From the NCBI GenBank assembly GCA_963792965.1, contig CAWBYW010000013.1, positions 32,001 to 96,000 of the forward strand: a stretch of 64,000 nt of DNA, given 5' to 3'. This document shows positions 20,343 to 30,016 of the stretch, piece after piece. Position numbers and translations under genes: made by a program. How positions within the stretch are numbered: position 1 is the stretch's first letter; the number at the start of each line of letters is the position of its first letter. The stretch is from an uncultured delta proteobacterium. GTDB taxonomy: Bacteria; Desulfobacterota; Zymogenia; Zymogenales; Zymogenaceae. The notes beneath the pieces are model-generated. The model saw only the letters and a list, made by a program, of their open reading frames with translations. It was not told the origin of the DNA and did no database searches.

Positions 20343-22250
20343 ATGGATCATAAGTCATTGACCGCGGGTAGGAAGAAACGGGCGGAGATCATTGCCCAGG
20401 CAGGTGGAATCGATCAGGCCGTTGGGTCGGGAAAGCTCGACAGGCGACTCGACATCACGCTGTCTGAGGCCGTCGTGTTGGGTCTTATCCGCCAGGACGT
20501 AAAAAGGTTCGTGGGAATCTTCGGGCACGGCAGCACCGACGTGGGTGAGGTGCTGCGCGTCTACGAGGAGGCGGGCGTTGTTAAGACCTACGGGGTCAGG
20601 AGCGAGATCGAGGCCGTCCACGCGGCGTCCGCCCTTCGCTGGGTGACCGGAGAGAAGGCCGCCGTCTTCACCTCCATCGGTCCCGGCGCGATGCACGCGC
20701 TGGCGGCATCGCTTGCCCCCGTGAGCGACGGCATCGGCGTCTGGTTCCTCTTGGGCGACGAGACCACCGAGGACGAGGGGCCCAATATGCAGCAGATCGC
20801 CCGCCACGAGCAAAGCCTCTTTTTTCGGCTCTTCTCGGTCATGGGCAGTACCTATCAGCTCCATACTCCCCGGGCCCTCTCTACCGCGCTGAGGCGGGGG
20901 CTGGGCACCGTCGATCACCCGTATCGCCCCGGACCGTTTTTCCTGCTCATGCCGATGAATACCCAGCCGGCCGTGATCCACGGCTTCAACCTCGATTCGC
21001 TGCCGTATGACCCGCCGCCCCGGCTCGGGCCCGCGGCGGACGGTGCCGTAGACGGCGGCACGGGCGCGTATGAGAAGGCGGCCGACGTGCTCCGCTCATC
21101 TGCGCGGGTGGTCGTGAAGGTCGGCGGTGGGGCACGACAGGCGGGCGCGGAGCTGACCGAATTCTTGGAGCTGGCCGATGGTGTGGCCGTCACCAGCCCG
21201 CTCGTCTCAGGCGTCATACCCTTTGACCACCCCCGCAACATGACCGTCGGCGGCTCGAAGGGCTCCCTATCGGGAAACTTCGCGATGGAAAACGCCGATT
21301 GCCTGGTCGCCGTCGGGTCTCGCTTCGTGTGCCAATCCGACTGCTCGCGTACCGGCTACCCGAACGTCAAGCAAGTCATCAATATCAACGGTGATCTCGA
21401 ATCGGCGACGCACTATCAGAAGACGATCCCCTTTGTCGGGGATGCGGCGGCGACCCTGGGGCTACTCAACGAGCGGTTGAGGCGGACGATCAAGGCGCGC
21501 CCCGAGGCGGGCTCGGAATGGCTTCTTGCGTGCCGCGAAAAGCGCAGTGAGTGGGACACGTTCCGCGAGGCCCGCTACGCCGCGCCACGCCTTTTTGACC
21601 CGGCGTGGAAGAGGGAGGTGCTCACCCAGCCGGCCGCGATCAAGGCCGCAACGGACTGGGCGAGAATGAACGACGCCGTGACCTTCTTCGACGCGGGCGA
21701 CGTACAGGCCAACGGCTTTCAGATTGTCGAGGACGACAGGCCCGGCCGCACCTTCACCGAGACCGGCGCCAGCTACATGGGCTTTGCCGCATCGGCGCTG
21801 CTGGCCACGGCGCTTTCGTCAAAGCCGTTTTTCGGCATGGCGCTTTCCGGGGATGGCTCGTTTGTCATGAACCCCCAGGTCCTTATCGACGGGGTAGAAC
21901 ATGGGGCGCGGGGCGTCCTTGTCGTGCTGGATAACCGGCGGATGGGGGCGATCTCGGGACTCCAGGACGCCCAGTATGGGGCGATCTACGCGACGGGAGA
22001 CACGGTCGCGGTTGACTATGTCGCCTGGGCGCGGTCGATCAAGGGGGTCGCCGCCTTCTTCGGAGGGGACACGGTCGATTTCCTCGTTGACGCACTCAAC
22101 AAGGCCCGAGAGCATAACGGTATTTCTCTTATTCACGTGCCGGTCTATTGGGGAAGTGATCCCCTCGGCGGGATGGGGGTCTTTGGGAGGTGGAACGTGG
22201 GCAACTGGTGCGAGGATACGCAGAACCTGCGTCACGAGATCGGCCTGTAA
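20343..22250 (+). CDS. Thiamine-diphosphate-dependent enzyme, IolD-like
   Basis: GIFGHG, TSIGPG, GDGSF...VLDN ThDP-binding motif. Confidence 0.8.
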   Translation: MDHKSLTAGRKKRAEIIAQAGGIDQAVGSGKLDRRLDITLSEAVVLGLIRQDVKRFVGIFGHGSTDVGEVLRVYEEAGVVKTYGVRSEIEAVHAASALRWVTGEKAAVFTSIGPGAMHALAASLAPVSDGIGVWFLLGDETTEDEGPNMQQIARHEQSLFFRLFSVMGSTYQLHTPRALSTALRRGLGTVDHPYRPGPFFLLMPMNTQPAVIHGFNLDSLPYDPPPRLGPAADGAVDGGTGAYEKAADVLRSSARVVVKVGGGARQAGAELTEFLELADGVAVTSPLVSGVIPFDHPRNMTVGGSKGSLSGNFAMENADCLVAVGSRFVCQSDCSRTGYPNVKQVININGDLESATHYQKTIPFVGDAAATLGLLNERLRRTIKARPEAGSEWLLACREKRSEWDTFREARYAAPRLFDPAWKREVLTQPAAIKAATDWARMNDAVTFFDAGDVQANGFQIVEDDRPGRTFTETGASYMGFAASALLATALSSKPFFGMALSGDGSFVMNPQVLIDGVEHGARGVLVVLDNRRMGAISGLQDAQYGAIYATGDTVAVDYVAWARSIKGVAAFFGGDTVDFLVDALNKAREHNGISLIHVPVYWGSDPLGGMGVFGRWNVGNWCEDTQNLRHEIGL

Positions 22251-22370
22251 GCGGCGCACCGGAAATCGGGCATATTTGAAGCACGTTCGGGAAACAGAGA
22301 GCACTATCGGCACTACACAACGGCCCGGTTCTCACGAGGCCGGGGTCACCGGGCGGAACGAGAGTATATC

Positions 22371-23807
22371 ATGAAGATTCCGAATGAGATGTACATAGAC
22401 GGCGCATGGACGGGCGCGTCGGACGGCAAGACGACGGATATCGTCAACCCCGCAAGCGAACGGATTGTGGACACGGTCCCCGTCGCGACGTCGGCGGACC
22501 TCGACCGGACGCTGGCGGCCGTCAGGAAAGGGTGGGAAGTCTGGCGGGAGGTCGACGCCTGGACGAGGAGCGCGATCATCAGGAAGATCGCCGGTCTTTT
22601 GCGCGAGCGCACGGAAGAGATCGCGGCCGTCCTCACCGAGGAAGAGGGGAAGCCCACCAGCGAGGCCGTCGCGGAGCTGCGGGGGACTGCCGACCAATTC
22701 GACTGGTACGCCGACGAGGCGCGCCGTATCTACGGCCGCATCATCGACGGGCACAGCCGGGAGCATAGGCTTCTGGTCATCAGGCAGCCCATCGGGCCGG
22801 TGGCGGCGTTTTCCCCCTGGAACTTTCCGGCCCTCCTCTCGTCCCGGAAGATCGCCCCGGCCCTGGCGGCCGGCTGCTCGATCGTCGTCAAGCCGGCGGT
22901 GGAAGCGCCGCGCACGACCTTGTGCCTGGCCCAATGCTGCCACGACGCCGGGATCCCCGCCGGGGTCGTCAACATGGTCACCGGCAACTCCTCGGCCATC
23001 AGCAAACACCTCATCGCGTCGGACGTCATCCGCAAGGTAACCCTCACGGGATCGGTGCCGGTGGGGCGCGAGATCCTCAGGATGTGCGCGGACGGCATCA
23101 AGGCGGTATCGATGGAGCTGGGGGGTCACAGCCCCGTGCTCGTCTTTCCGGACGCGGATATCGAGCGGGCGGCCGAGATCTGCGCCCGGGGTAAATTCCG
23201 GAACAACGGCCAGGTCTGCATCGCCGCCAGCCGTTTCTTCGTCCACGAGTCGGTTGCGGATTTGTTCACGAATAGATTCGCAGAAGTCACGAAATCGCTC
23301 AGGATCGGTGATGGAAAAGACCCCGCCACCGACGTGGGGCCGCTGGCCAACAGGCGGCGGCTTGAGGCGACCGAGCGCCTGGTTCGTGACGCCGTGGCAA
23401 AGGGGGCGCGGCTTGTCGCCGGCGGGAAGCGGCCCGAGGGCCTCTCGCTCGGGTTCTACCTTGAGCCGACGGTCCTATACGGTGTCGACCGATCGATGGC
23501 CGTGATGAACGAGGAGCCGTTCTGCCCCATCGCCCCGATCGCGACGTTCACGGATCTTGAGGACGCAATCGGTCAGGCCAACGCCACCGAGTTCGGCCTG
23601 GCGGGCTACGTCTTCACGAAAGACATGAAGACGGCGTTTTTGGCGGCCGAGCGTCTCGAGGTCGGGATGGTGGGGGTCAACACGCTCCTGCTTGCCGCGG
23701 CGGAGATCCCGTTCGGCGGGATAAAGGCGTCCGGCTTCGGGCGCGAGGGGGGGGTCGAGTGGATCGACTCGTATACGGTAACCAAACATATCAACATTCA
23801 GCTGTAA
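22371..23807 (+). CDS. NAD(P)-dependent aldehyde dehydrogenase, succinate-semialdehyde dehydrogenase-like
   Basis: PWNFP, TGSVPVG, MELGG, FRNNGQVC, PFGGIKASGFGREGG. Confidence 0.9.
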   Translation: MKIPNEMYIDGAWTGASDGKTTDIVNPASERIVDTVPVATSADLDRTLAAVRKGWEVWREVDAWTRSAIIRKIAGLLRERTEEIAAVLTEEEGKPTSEAVAELRGTADQFDWYADEARRIYGRIIDGHSREHRLLVIRQPIGPVAAFSPWNFPALLSSRKIAPALAAGCSIVVKPAVEAPRTTLCLAQCCHDAGIPAGVVNMVTGNSSAISKHLIASDVIRKVTLTGSVPVGREILRMCADGIKAVSMELGGHSPVLVFPDADIERAAEICARGKFRNNGQVCIAASRFFVHESVADLFTNRFAEVTKSLRIGDGKDPATDVGPLANRRRLEATERLVRDAVAKGARLVAGGKRPEGLSLGFYLEPTVLYGVDRSMAVMNEEPFCPIAPIATFTDLEDAIGQANATEFGLAGYVFTKDMKTAFLAAERLEVGMVGVNTLLLAAAEIPFGGIKASGFGREGGVEWIDSYTVTKHINIQL

Positions 23808-23862
23808 GAGGCAGGTCCGATAAAAGAGATACGCGGAAGGCCGGCCGGAGAGATATAGACAA

Positions 23863-25563
23863 ATGGCAAAGACGAAGAAGCCCGAGGGCATCAATAAGAA
23901 CCTGACGAGCTACGGAGACCCGGAGTTCTCGAAATACATCCGCCGCGCATTTCTCTCGTCTGCGGGCTTCGATCGTGTGGACCTTTCCCGCCCCATCGTC
24001 GGGATCGTGGATACGTCGTCGGACTACAACACCTGCCACCGGGAGATGCCCCAGATGGTAGCGGCGGTAAAAAGGGGGGTGCTCGAGGCCGGGGGCCTGC
24101 CGCTGGCCTTTCCGACGATATCGCTCCATGAGATCATGACTTCCCCCACGACGATGCTCTTCCGCAACCTTGCCGCCATGGATACCGAGGAGATGATGCG
24201 GTGCCAGCCGATGGACGCGGTGGTGATGCTGGCCGGGTGCGACAAGACGCTGCCCGCCCAGATCATGGCCGCCATCTCGGCCGATATCCCGGCGATTTCG
24301 GTGGTGGCGGGGCCGATGATGACCGGGATGTGGCGGGGCCAGCGACTGGGCGCCTGCACCGACTGCCGCAGGCTCTGGGCCCAGTACCGCGCGGGTGAGC
24401 TATCCGAGGCTGAGATCAACGATGTCGAATCGTCGCTCTGCTTCACGGGCGGGACGTGCATGGTCATGGGGACGGCCTCCACAATGGCCTGCCTCGTGGA
24501 GGCGCTCGGGTTGATGCTTCCCGGCGGGGCGACGATTCCCCACGCCGCGGGGCAGCGGCTCTCCCACGCGGCGGCGGCCGGGCGGCGGGCGGTGGCGATG
24601 GCGGCCGAGGGGCTGTCGCCCTCACGGATCATGAGCCGCGCATCCATTGCCAACGCCCTTATCGTGCTCTGCGCCCTGTCGGGGTCGACCAACGCGGTGG
24701 TTCACCTGCTTGCGATCGCCCGGCGCGCGGGGCTTTCTCTTTCCCTCAAAGAGCTCGACGATGCGGCGCGGAAGGTCCCCGTGCTTGTCGACGTGAAGCC
24801 CGCGGGCGCTGGGTACCTCGAGGACTTTTTCCACGCGGGGGGGATGCCCGCGCTCATGAAGGTCCTCAAACCGTTCCTTGACCTCTCGGCAAATACGATC
24901 ACGGGAAAAAGGCTCGGCGATATGATCAAGGACTTTCCGTCGCCGGGAGGCGGACAATCGACGATCCGGTCGCTGGCCAGTCCCCTGAGGCCTATCCAGG
25001 ATCCCGGGGCGATTGCCGTGCTCTTCGGCACACTGGCTCCGGACGGAGCGGTGCTCAAGGCGGCCGCGGCAACCCCGTCGCTCTTCTCCCACCGGGGACC
25101 CGCTGTCGTCTTCGAGTCCCCGGAGGACGCGGTGCGGCGGCTGGACGACCCCGCCCTGAAGATCACTCCCGATCACGTGATGGTGCTCAGAAACGCGGGC
25201 CCCGTGGGCGCCGGGATGCCGGAGGCCGGGTCGCTGCCGATCCCGAAGTACCTGGCGACCCGGGGGGTAAAGGACATGGTGCGGGTGTCGGACGGGAGGA
25301 TGAGCGGGACGGCCTATGGAACGGTGGTGCTACACGTCTCGCCGGAGGCGGCCGTCGGCGGGCCGCTGGCGCTCGTTTGCGACGGAGACACGATCGAACT
25401 TTCGGTGAAGGAGCGGCGCCTGGACCTGTTGGTCGACGAGGCAGAACTGTCGGCCCGACGTGCACGGATCAAACTGCCCGCAGTGCCAGCGCGGGGCTAC
25501 CGGCGGCTCTTCGTCGAGCACGTTCTACAGGCGCACGAAGGGTGCGACTTTGACTTTTTATGA
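23863..25563 (+). CDS. IlvD/Edd family dihydroxy-acid (sugar-acid) dehydratase
   Basis: NTCH, GCDKT, CMVMGTASTM, GSTN, SDGRMSGT. Confidence 0.9.
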   Translation: MAKTKKPEGINKNLTSYGDPEFSKYIRRAFLSSAGFDRVDLSRPIVGIVDTSSDYNTCHREMPQMVAAVKRGVLEAGGLPLAFPTISLHEIMTSPTTMLFRNLAAMDTEEMMRCQPMDAVVMLAGCDKTLPAQIMAAISADIPAISVVAGPMMTGMWRGQRLGACTDCRRLWAQYRAGELSEAEINDVESSLCFTGGTCMVMGTASTMACLVEALGLMLPGGATIPHAAGQRLSHAAAAGRRAVAMAAEGLSPSRIMSRASIANALIVLCALSGSTNAVVHLLAIARRAGLSLSLKELDDAARKVPVLVDVKPAGAGYLEDFFHAGGMPALMKVLKPFLDLSANTITGKRLGDMIKDFPSPGGGQSTIRSLASPLRPIQDPGAIAVLFGTLAPDGAVLKAAAATPSLFSHRGPAVVFESPEDAVRRLDDPALKITPDHVMVLRNAGPVGAGMPEAGSLPIPKYLATRGVKDMVRVSDGRMSGTAYGTVVLHVSPEAAVGGPLALVCDGDTIELSVKERRLDLLVDEAELSARRARIKLPAVPARGYRRLFVEHVLQAHEGCDFDFL

Positions 25564-25599
25564 GCATCCGGGAATGCCTTTCTCAATGAGGAAGCAAGC

Positions 25600-26964
25600 A
25601 TGAAGATCACCGTTCTCTCGGGGAGCCCCAAGGGCGAGGGGTCCAACACCCTCGTGTATCTCAACTACATACAAAAACACCGCACAAAACATCACTACAC
25701 GATCCTTCATATCGGGCAACAGGCCCAAAAAATCGAGTCGGATGAAAAGTATTTCCAGAAGATGATTGCCGAGATACGGAAATCCGACGCGATCCTGTGG
25801 GTCTATCCCATCGCCTATTTCCTGGTCCCCTGGGGGATGAAGCGGTTCATCGAACTCGCCTTTGAGAGAAAGGCGCAAACGGCGTTTGCGGGGAAATACG
25901 CCAGCGCCCTCACTACCTCGATGCACCTGTTTGACCACACGTCGCTGGCCTACATCCACGGCATCAGCGAGGACCTTGGGATGAGCTATGTTCCCGCCTT
26001 TTCCGCCCAGTTCACCGACCTGACGGAGGAAGAGGGGCGGCGCCAATTGCTCCTGTTTGCCGACGACTTCATCAGGACGGTGGAAAAGAAGCTCGCCGTG
26101 GAAGCGGTCTATCCGCCCCTTTCGGCCAAGGTCCCAACGTACCGGCCCCTTGAGACGGAGCTGGTGAAGAAGACGGAAAGCTATAGAATCCTCTTTTTAA
26201 CCGACGAGACTCCGAAAGACAGGAACCTCGGCTATATGACCGATGTCTTTCTGCGGCACTTGAAGAACCGGGTCGAGTTCATCAACATCAACGATATCCG
26301 TCTGCAGCCGTGCAAGAACTGCCTGGTCTGCTGCTATGACGGGGTCTGCGCGATCGACGATGACATGAACTTCCTCTACCAAAACCGAATCCTGCCCGCC
26401 GACGCGATCATCTACGCGGGAACGATACACGATCGGTACCTGTCGGGACGGTGGAAGATGTTCTTTGACCGCTTCTTCCTCAACGGACACCGGCCCGTGT
26501 TGGAAGGAAAGCAGGGGGGATTCATCATCTCCGGCCCCCTCAGGCAGATCCCGAACCTTAGGGAGCTGTTAAGTGGATTTTCCGAGACGTTCGGGCTCAA
26601 CAGCTGCGGCGTGGTGACCGATGAATACGGGAAGCCGGACCGGATTACGGGGCTCCTTTCGGCCCTGTCGGACCGGATCATGGCGGGGCTGGAGAACGGA
26701 GCCCGGCGTCCTCCGACCTTCCTCGGTGTCGGGGGACGGAAAATACTTCGGGACATCAACTTTTTCACTCGTTTCGTTTTCACCGAGAATCACCGCTACT
26801 ACACGAAGCACGACCTCTTTGACTTTCCCCACAGTCAGCGTACGATGCGGATCGTCGGCCGCATTATCCCGCCGCTGATGAGGATAAAAGGGTTTCGAAA
26901 GAGATTCCAGTCGCAGATGAACGAAAAAATGATCGCTCCCCTCAAGAAGGCGCTGGAACAATAG
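25600..26964 (+). CDS. NAD(P)H-dependent oxidoreductase with two flavodoxin-like domains
   Basis: GSPKGEGSNT; second domain has CKNCLVCCYDGVCAIDDD, an iron-sulfur-flavoprotein-type Cys motif. Confidence 0.8.
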   Translation: MKITVLSGSPKGEGSNTLVYLNYIQKHRTKHHYTILHIGQQAQKIESDEKYFQKMIAEIRKSDAILWVYPIAYFLVPWGMKRFIELAFERKAQTAFAGKYASALTTSMHLFDHTSLAYIHGISEDLGMSYVPAFSAQFTDLTEEEGRRQLLLFADDFIRTVEKKLAVEAVYPPLSAKVPTYRPLETELVKKTESYRILFLTDETPKDRNLGYMTDVFLRHLKNRVEFININDIRLQPCKNCLVCCYDGVCAIDDDMNFLYQNRILPADAIIYAGTIHDRYLSGRWKMFFDRFFLNGHRPVLEGKQGGFIISGPLRQIPNLRELLSGFSETFGLNSCGVVTDEYGKPDRITGLLSALSDRIMAGLENGARRPPTFLGVGGRKILRDINFFTRFVFTENHRYYTKHDLFDFPHSQRTMRIVGRIIPPLMRIKGFRKRFQSQMNEKMIAPLKKALEQ

Positions 26965-27213
26965 GAGGGAAACGGCAACAGATTTCCGGCAGCGGCTTAT
27001 GGCCGCCTTCGTATGGGCTGCCCCGGGACCTGTGAGGCTGGTACCGCTTACGTGCGTCCGGATGAACGTGAGGGGGATATAGTTCCGCCTTGATCCTTCC
27101 CATCTGAATTAGTCAGGAATTCACTATATGCATACATCTTAAAAATATTTAATCCTATTAGATATTTCTTTACAGCAACGTCGGAACATCACTATAATAC
27201 GCACCCGAAGCAC

Positions 27214-28338
27214 ATGAAGGAATTCGATATGGTCGGCAAAAAAACGAGTGCCGCGCGATCTCTCTCGAAATGGAAAACCCTCCCCTTTCTCTTCTTCCTT
27301 GTCCTTCTGTTTCTCACGGCGGGCTTCTGTCTCCTATCCTTTATATATGGGGCGAAAAGCGAGCATACGGCTCTTCCGCCTCTCTTGGGCAATACGCCCG
27401 ACAGGCTGGCGCGGGTGGGCGAGGACACGATCGTCGGGCGTCCGTTCTCCTTCCTGGTGGCGGGAGACACGAGAAGCAGCGACACGTTCGAAGATTTCAT
27501 GAACAACATGCGGCTTGAGCATACTCCCGATTTTGGGATTATCCTCGGCGATTTCGTCCCGACTTCCGATATGTCAAGGCACCGTTTTTTCATCCAGGAA
27601 TTCGCAGAATGGCACATGCGCTTTCCGATCCTGTTAGTTGCGGGAAACCACGACATCTTCTGCCACGGAACGTCCCGCGATCTTGAGCCCTTTACCCTTA
27701 ACGACTTCGAGAAGACATACGGACCCGTGAATTTCTTCTTTATCCATGGAGGCTGCCTCTTTATCTGTCTCAATGATCTCTACAACGGGTCATACGTCGA
27801 TTATGCCCGGGATGTCCTTTCCCGGAAGGCGGCGGGCAGCCTGATGATCTTCGTCTTTACCCACATACCGCCCCGTTCGATATCGCCGATCATCAGGACA
27901 CGGCCCATCGACCGGGAAAAAGAATTCATTGATCTCCTTGAACAGTATAGGGTCGATTATGTTTTCAGCGGCGACTTTCATTCGTATCTCAGGAGCGACT
28001 ACAATCACGTAAAATTCATCGTCTCCGGTGGCGGCGGCTCGAAGCTCTGGGGCGGCAATGAGAGGAGCTTTCACCACGTGCTCTTTCTGTCGGTTGACCC
28101 GGCGGCACGGGACGTTGACGAGATCATCTATCCGATCTCGGAGGTGACAGACATCGGAGACGACCTGGAAATAGTCCTCATTTGCCAACTTTATCCATTC
28201 TTTAAACCACACCTCGCACTGTGGGCGGCCACCTTTTCTCTGGTCATGGTCGTGGCGCTGGCGGGCATCGGCTGGCTGATCATCGCGGCCCGACGGAGAC
28301 CGTCAGCGAGATCGGAGCCGCGAAAAGGCAGAGGATAG
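27214..28338 (+). CDS. Membrane-anchored metallophosphoesterase
   Basis: GDTR, LGDFV, GNHD, FTHIPP, SGDFH motifs; TM helices at both ends. Confidence 0.85.
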   Translation: MKEFDMVGKKTSAARSLSKWKTLPFLFFLVLLFLTAGFCLLSFIYGAKSEHTALPPLLGNTPDRLARVGEDTIVGRPFSFLVAGDTRSSDTFEDFMNNMRLEHTPDFGIILGDFVPTSDMSRHRFFIQEFAEWHMRFPILLVAGNHDIFCHGTSRDLEPFTLNDFEKTYGPVNFFFIHGGCLFICLNDLYNGSYVDYARDVLSRKAAGSLMIFVFTHIPPRSISPIIRTRPIDREKEFIDLLEQYRVDYVFSGDFHSYLRSDYNHVKFIVSGGGGSKLWGGNERSFHHVLFLSVDPAARDVDEIIYPISEVTDIGDDLEIVLICQLYPFFKPHLALWAATFSLVMVVALAGIGWLIIAARRRPSARSEPRKGRG

Positions 28339-28601
28339 GACTCAGGCCCACGTCTCGTGAGCTGCCCGTGCTATCAGGAGATACCGCACCGGGCGTTCAT
28401 TCCGTGCCTCTTCCCGGGCACGGATCCTCATGCTCCTCTTGCCGGCTGTGAGATAAAGACCGCGGTTCGATGTCCCGTCGAGCCCTTGAGGGCGCGGGTG
28501 TCTCCCCCCCATCTATAAGCGAAGCGTTTTCTGAGCTCTCGAAGAGCACCCCTCGCGACGGCCGCCGATACTTCCTCAATCGTCCGAATAGATCCTCAAC
28601 A

Positions 28602-28764
28602 AATGTAGTTATATTACATTATTGGTGGAGATGTCGTTCCTTCACGGGATCAAGAACCGGCACTATCTGTGCAACTATCTGAAGATAAAAGCAATATGTT
28701 ATTATCGTAACCGGAGAAGAATTCTCTTGACAAAATACCATAATATGTAATTCTATTACATATT
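28602..28764. promoter_or_regulatory. Pair of ATGTA-N7-TACAT palindromic operators
   Basis: AATGTAGTTATATTACATT (28602-28620) and AATATGTAATTCTATTACATATT (28742-28764); TTGACA at 28727. Confidence 0.6.
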
Positions 28765-28830
28765 GTCTTTCGCCCCTTTGCGGTATCAGAGATACGTGCT
28801 CCGGCCCCGGAGCATGGAACGGAGGAAGAT

Positions 28831-29151
28831 ATGAACAAGAGGGCATTTGCGTCGTATTTGATGTTTTTTTCGGTGATCGCGCTTATCCCTTCGGGGATCA
28901 TGCTCCATCTGACGGCGTCGGAGGCCTTTGGGCCGACGAGGCATCTGCTCATGTGTGTCCACAACGTAGCCGGCATTATCCTCGTGATATCGGCGTCCGT
29001 ACACTTTGCCTTTAACTACCGGCCCATGGTGTCGTTTCTGAGGTCAAGGGCCGATGCTCGCTTCCGTCCCCACAGGGAAGTGACGCTTGCCGCAACAGTC
29101 GTGGTGGTGCTGATCAGCCTGGTTGCTCTCCACGTCTTCATTCATGGGTAA
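28831..29151 (+). CDS. DUF4405-like small membrane protein
   Basis: Three TM helices with SG and His residues (VHNVAG, VHFAFN, LH); GGAGG RBS. Confidence 0.7.
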   Translation: MNKRAFASYLMFFSVIALIPSGIMLHLTASEAFGPTRHLLMCVHNVAGIILVISASVHFAFNYRPMVSFLRSRADARFRPHREVTLAATVVVVLISLVALHVFIHG

Positions 29152-29165
29152 GGTGAAGTGATAGG

Positions 29166-29840
29166 ATGGAAAGAGACAGAGCTCATAGCGAAGCCGGGAA
29201 AGAACGCCGCCATTACCTGAAAAAGGACCTGCGCCGGGCGCAGATCGTCGCGGCCGCGCGGCCGATATTTGCCCGGAAGGGCTTCCACGGGACCGCCGTC
29301 GAGGAGATACTGAAGGCTTCCGGCGTTGCCCAGGGGACGCTCTATCTCCACTTCGCCAACAAGGAGGAGATCTTCCGTGCCGTGATGGGTGATGCGCTGG
29401 AGAAGATCGGCGAGATCGTGCGGCCCCTTTCCGATGACGAATTCCCGATCTCGGCTTCGAGCCCCGAGGCCGTGTTTGCGTATATTAGAGAAAAAAACCG
29501 AAGGCTACTTTTTGCCGTCAGAGAAGATAAAGATCTCATTCGCCTCATCTTCAGAGAGGAACCTGGGCTCGAGTCCACCAGGAGCGAAATACTCTCGCGG
29601 ATCAACGACGTGATGGTGGGGCAGGTTCAGACGGAGCTTTCGATCTTTCGCAACCTGAATCTGATCGGCGCCATCGACACCGCCCTTGCCGCTCGGATGA
29701 TCGTCGGGACGATGTTGACGCTGATCACCACCGACATCATCGGGGACGATGCCCCCGACATCGAGCGCCTCGCCAGTGAGGCCACCCGCATCCAATTTTA
29801 CGGCATGGCCAAACGTCCCACAGATGAAGGGGAATCCTGA
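29166..29840 (+). CDS. TetR/AcrR family transcriptional regulator
   Basis: FARKGFHGTAVEEILKASGVAQGTLYLHFANKEEI. Confidence 0.9.
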   Translation: MERDRAHSEAGKERRHYLKKDLRRAQIVAAARPIFARKGFHGTAVEEILKASGVAQGTLYLHFANKEEIFRAVMGDALEKIGEIVRPLSDDEFPISASSPEAVFAYIREKNRRLLFAVREDKDLIRLIFREEPGLESTRSEILSRINDVMVGQVQTELSIFRNLNLIGAIDTALAARMIVGTMLTLITTDIIGDDAPDIERLASEATRIQFYGMAKRPTDEGES

Positions 29841-30016
29841 ACGGCGGCCGGGATAACCATCCGGCCTACCGATAATCAATCCATTCGAAATCGCGCTCGC
29901 AGGACCTGGTTGATGAGTCCGGAGCGATACGCGCCCCTTTTACCTACCTTGAGTTTTCTTTTGCCCGGGGGAAGACGTCGTGGTAATATATTATTAATAT
30001 ACTAAGGTTACTGGCC

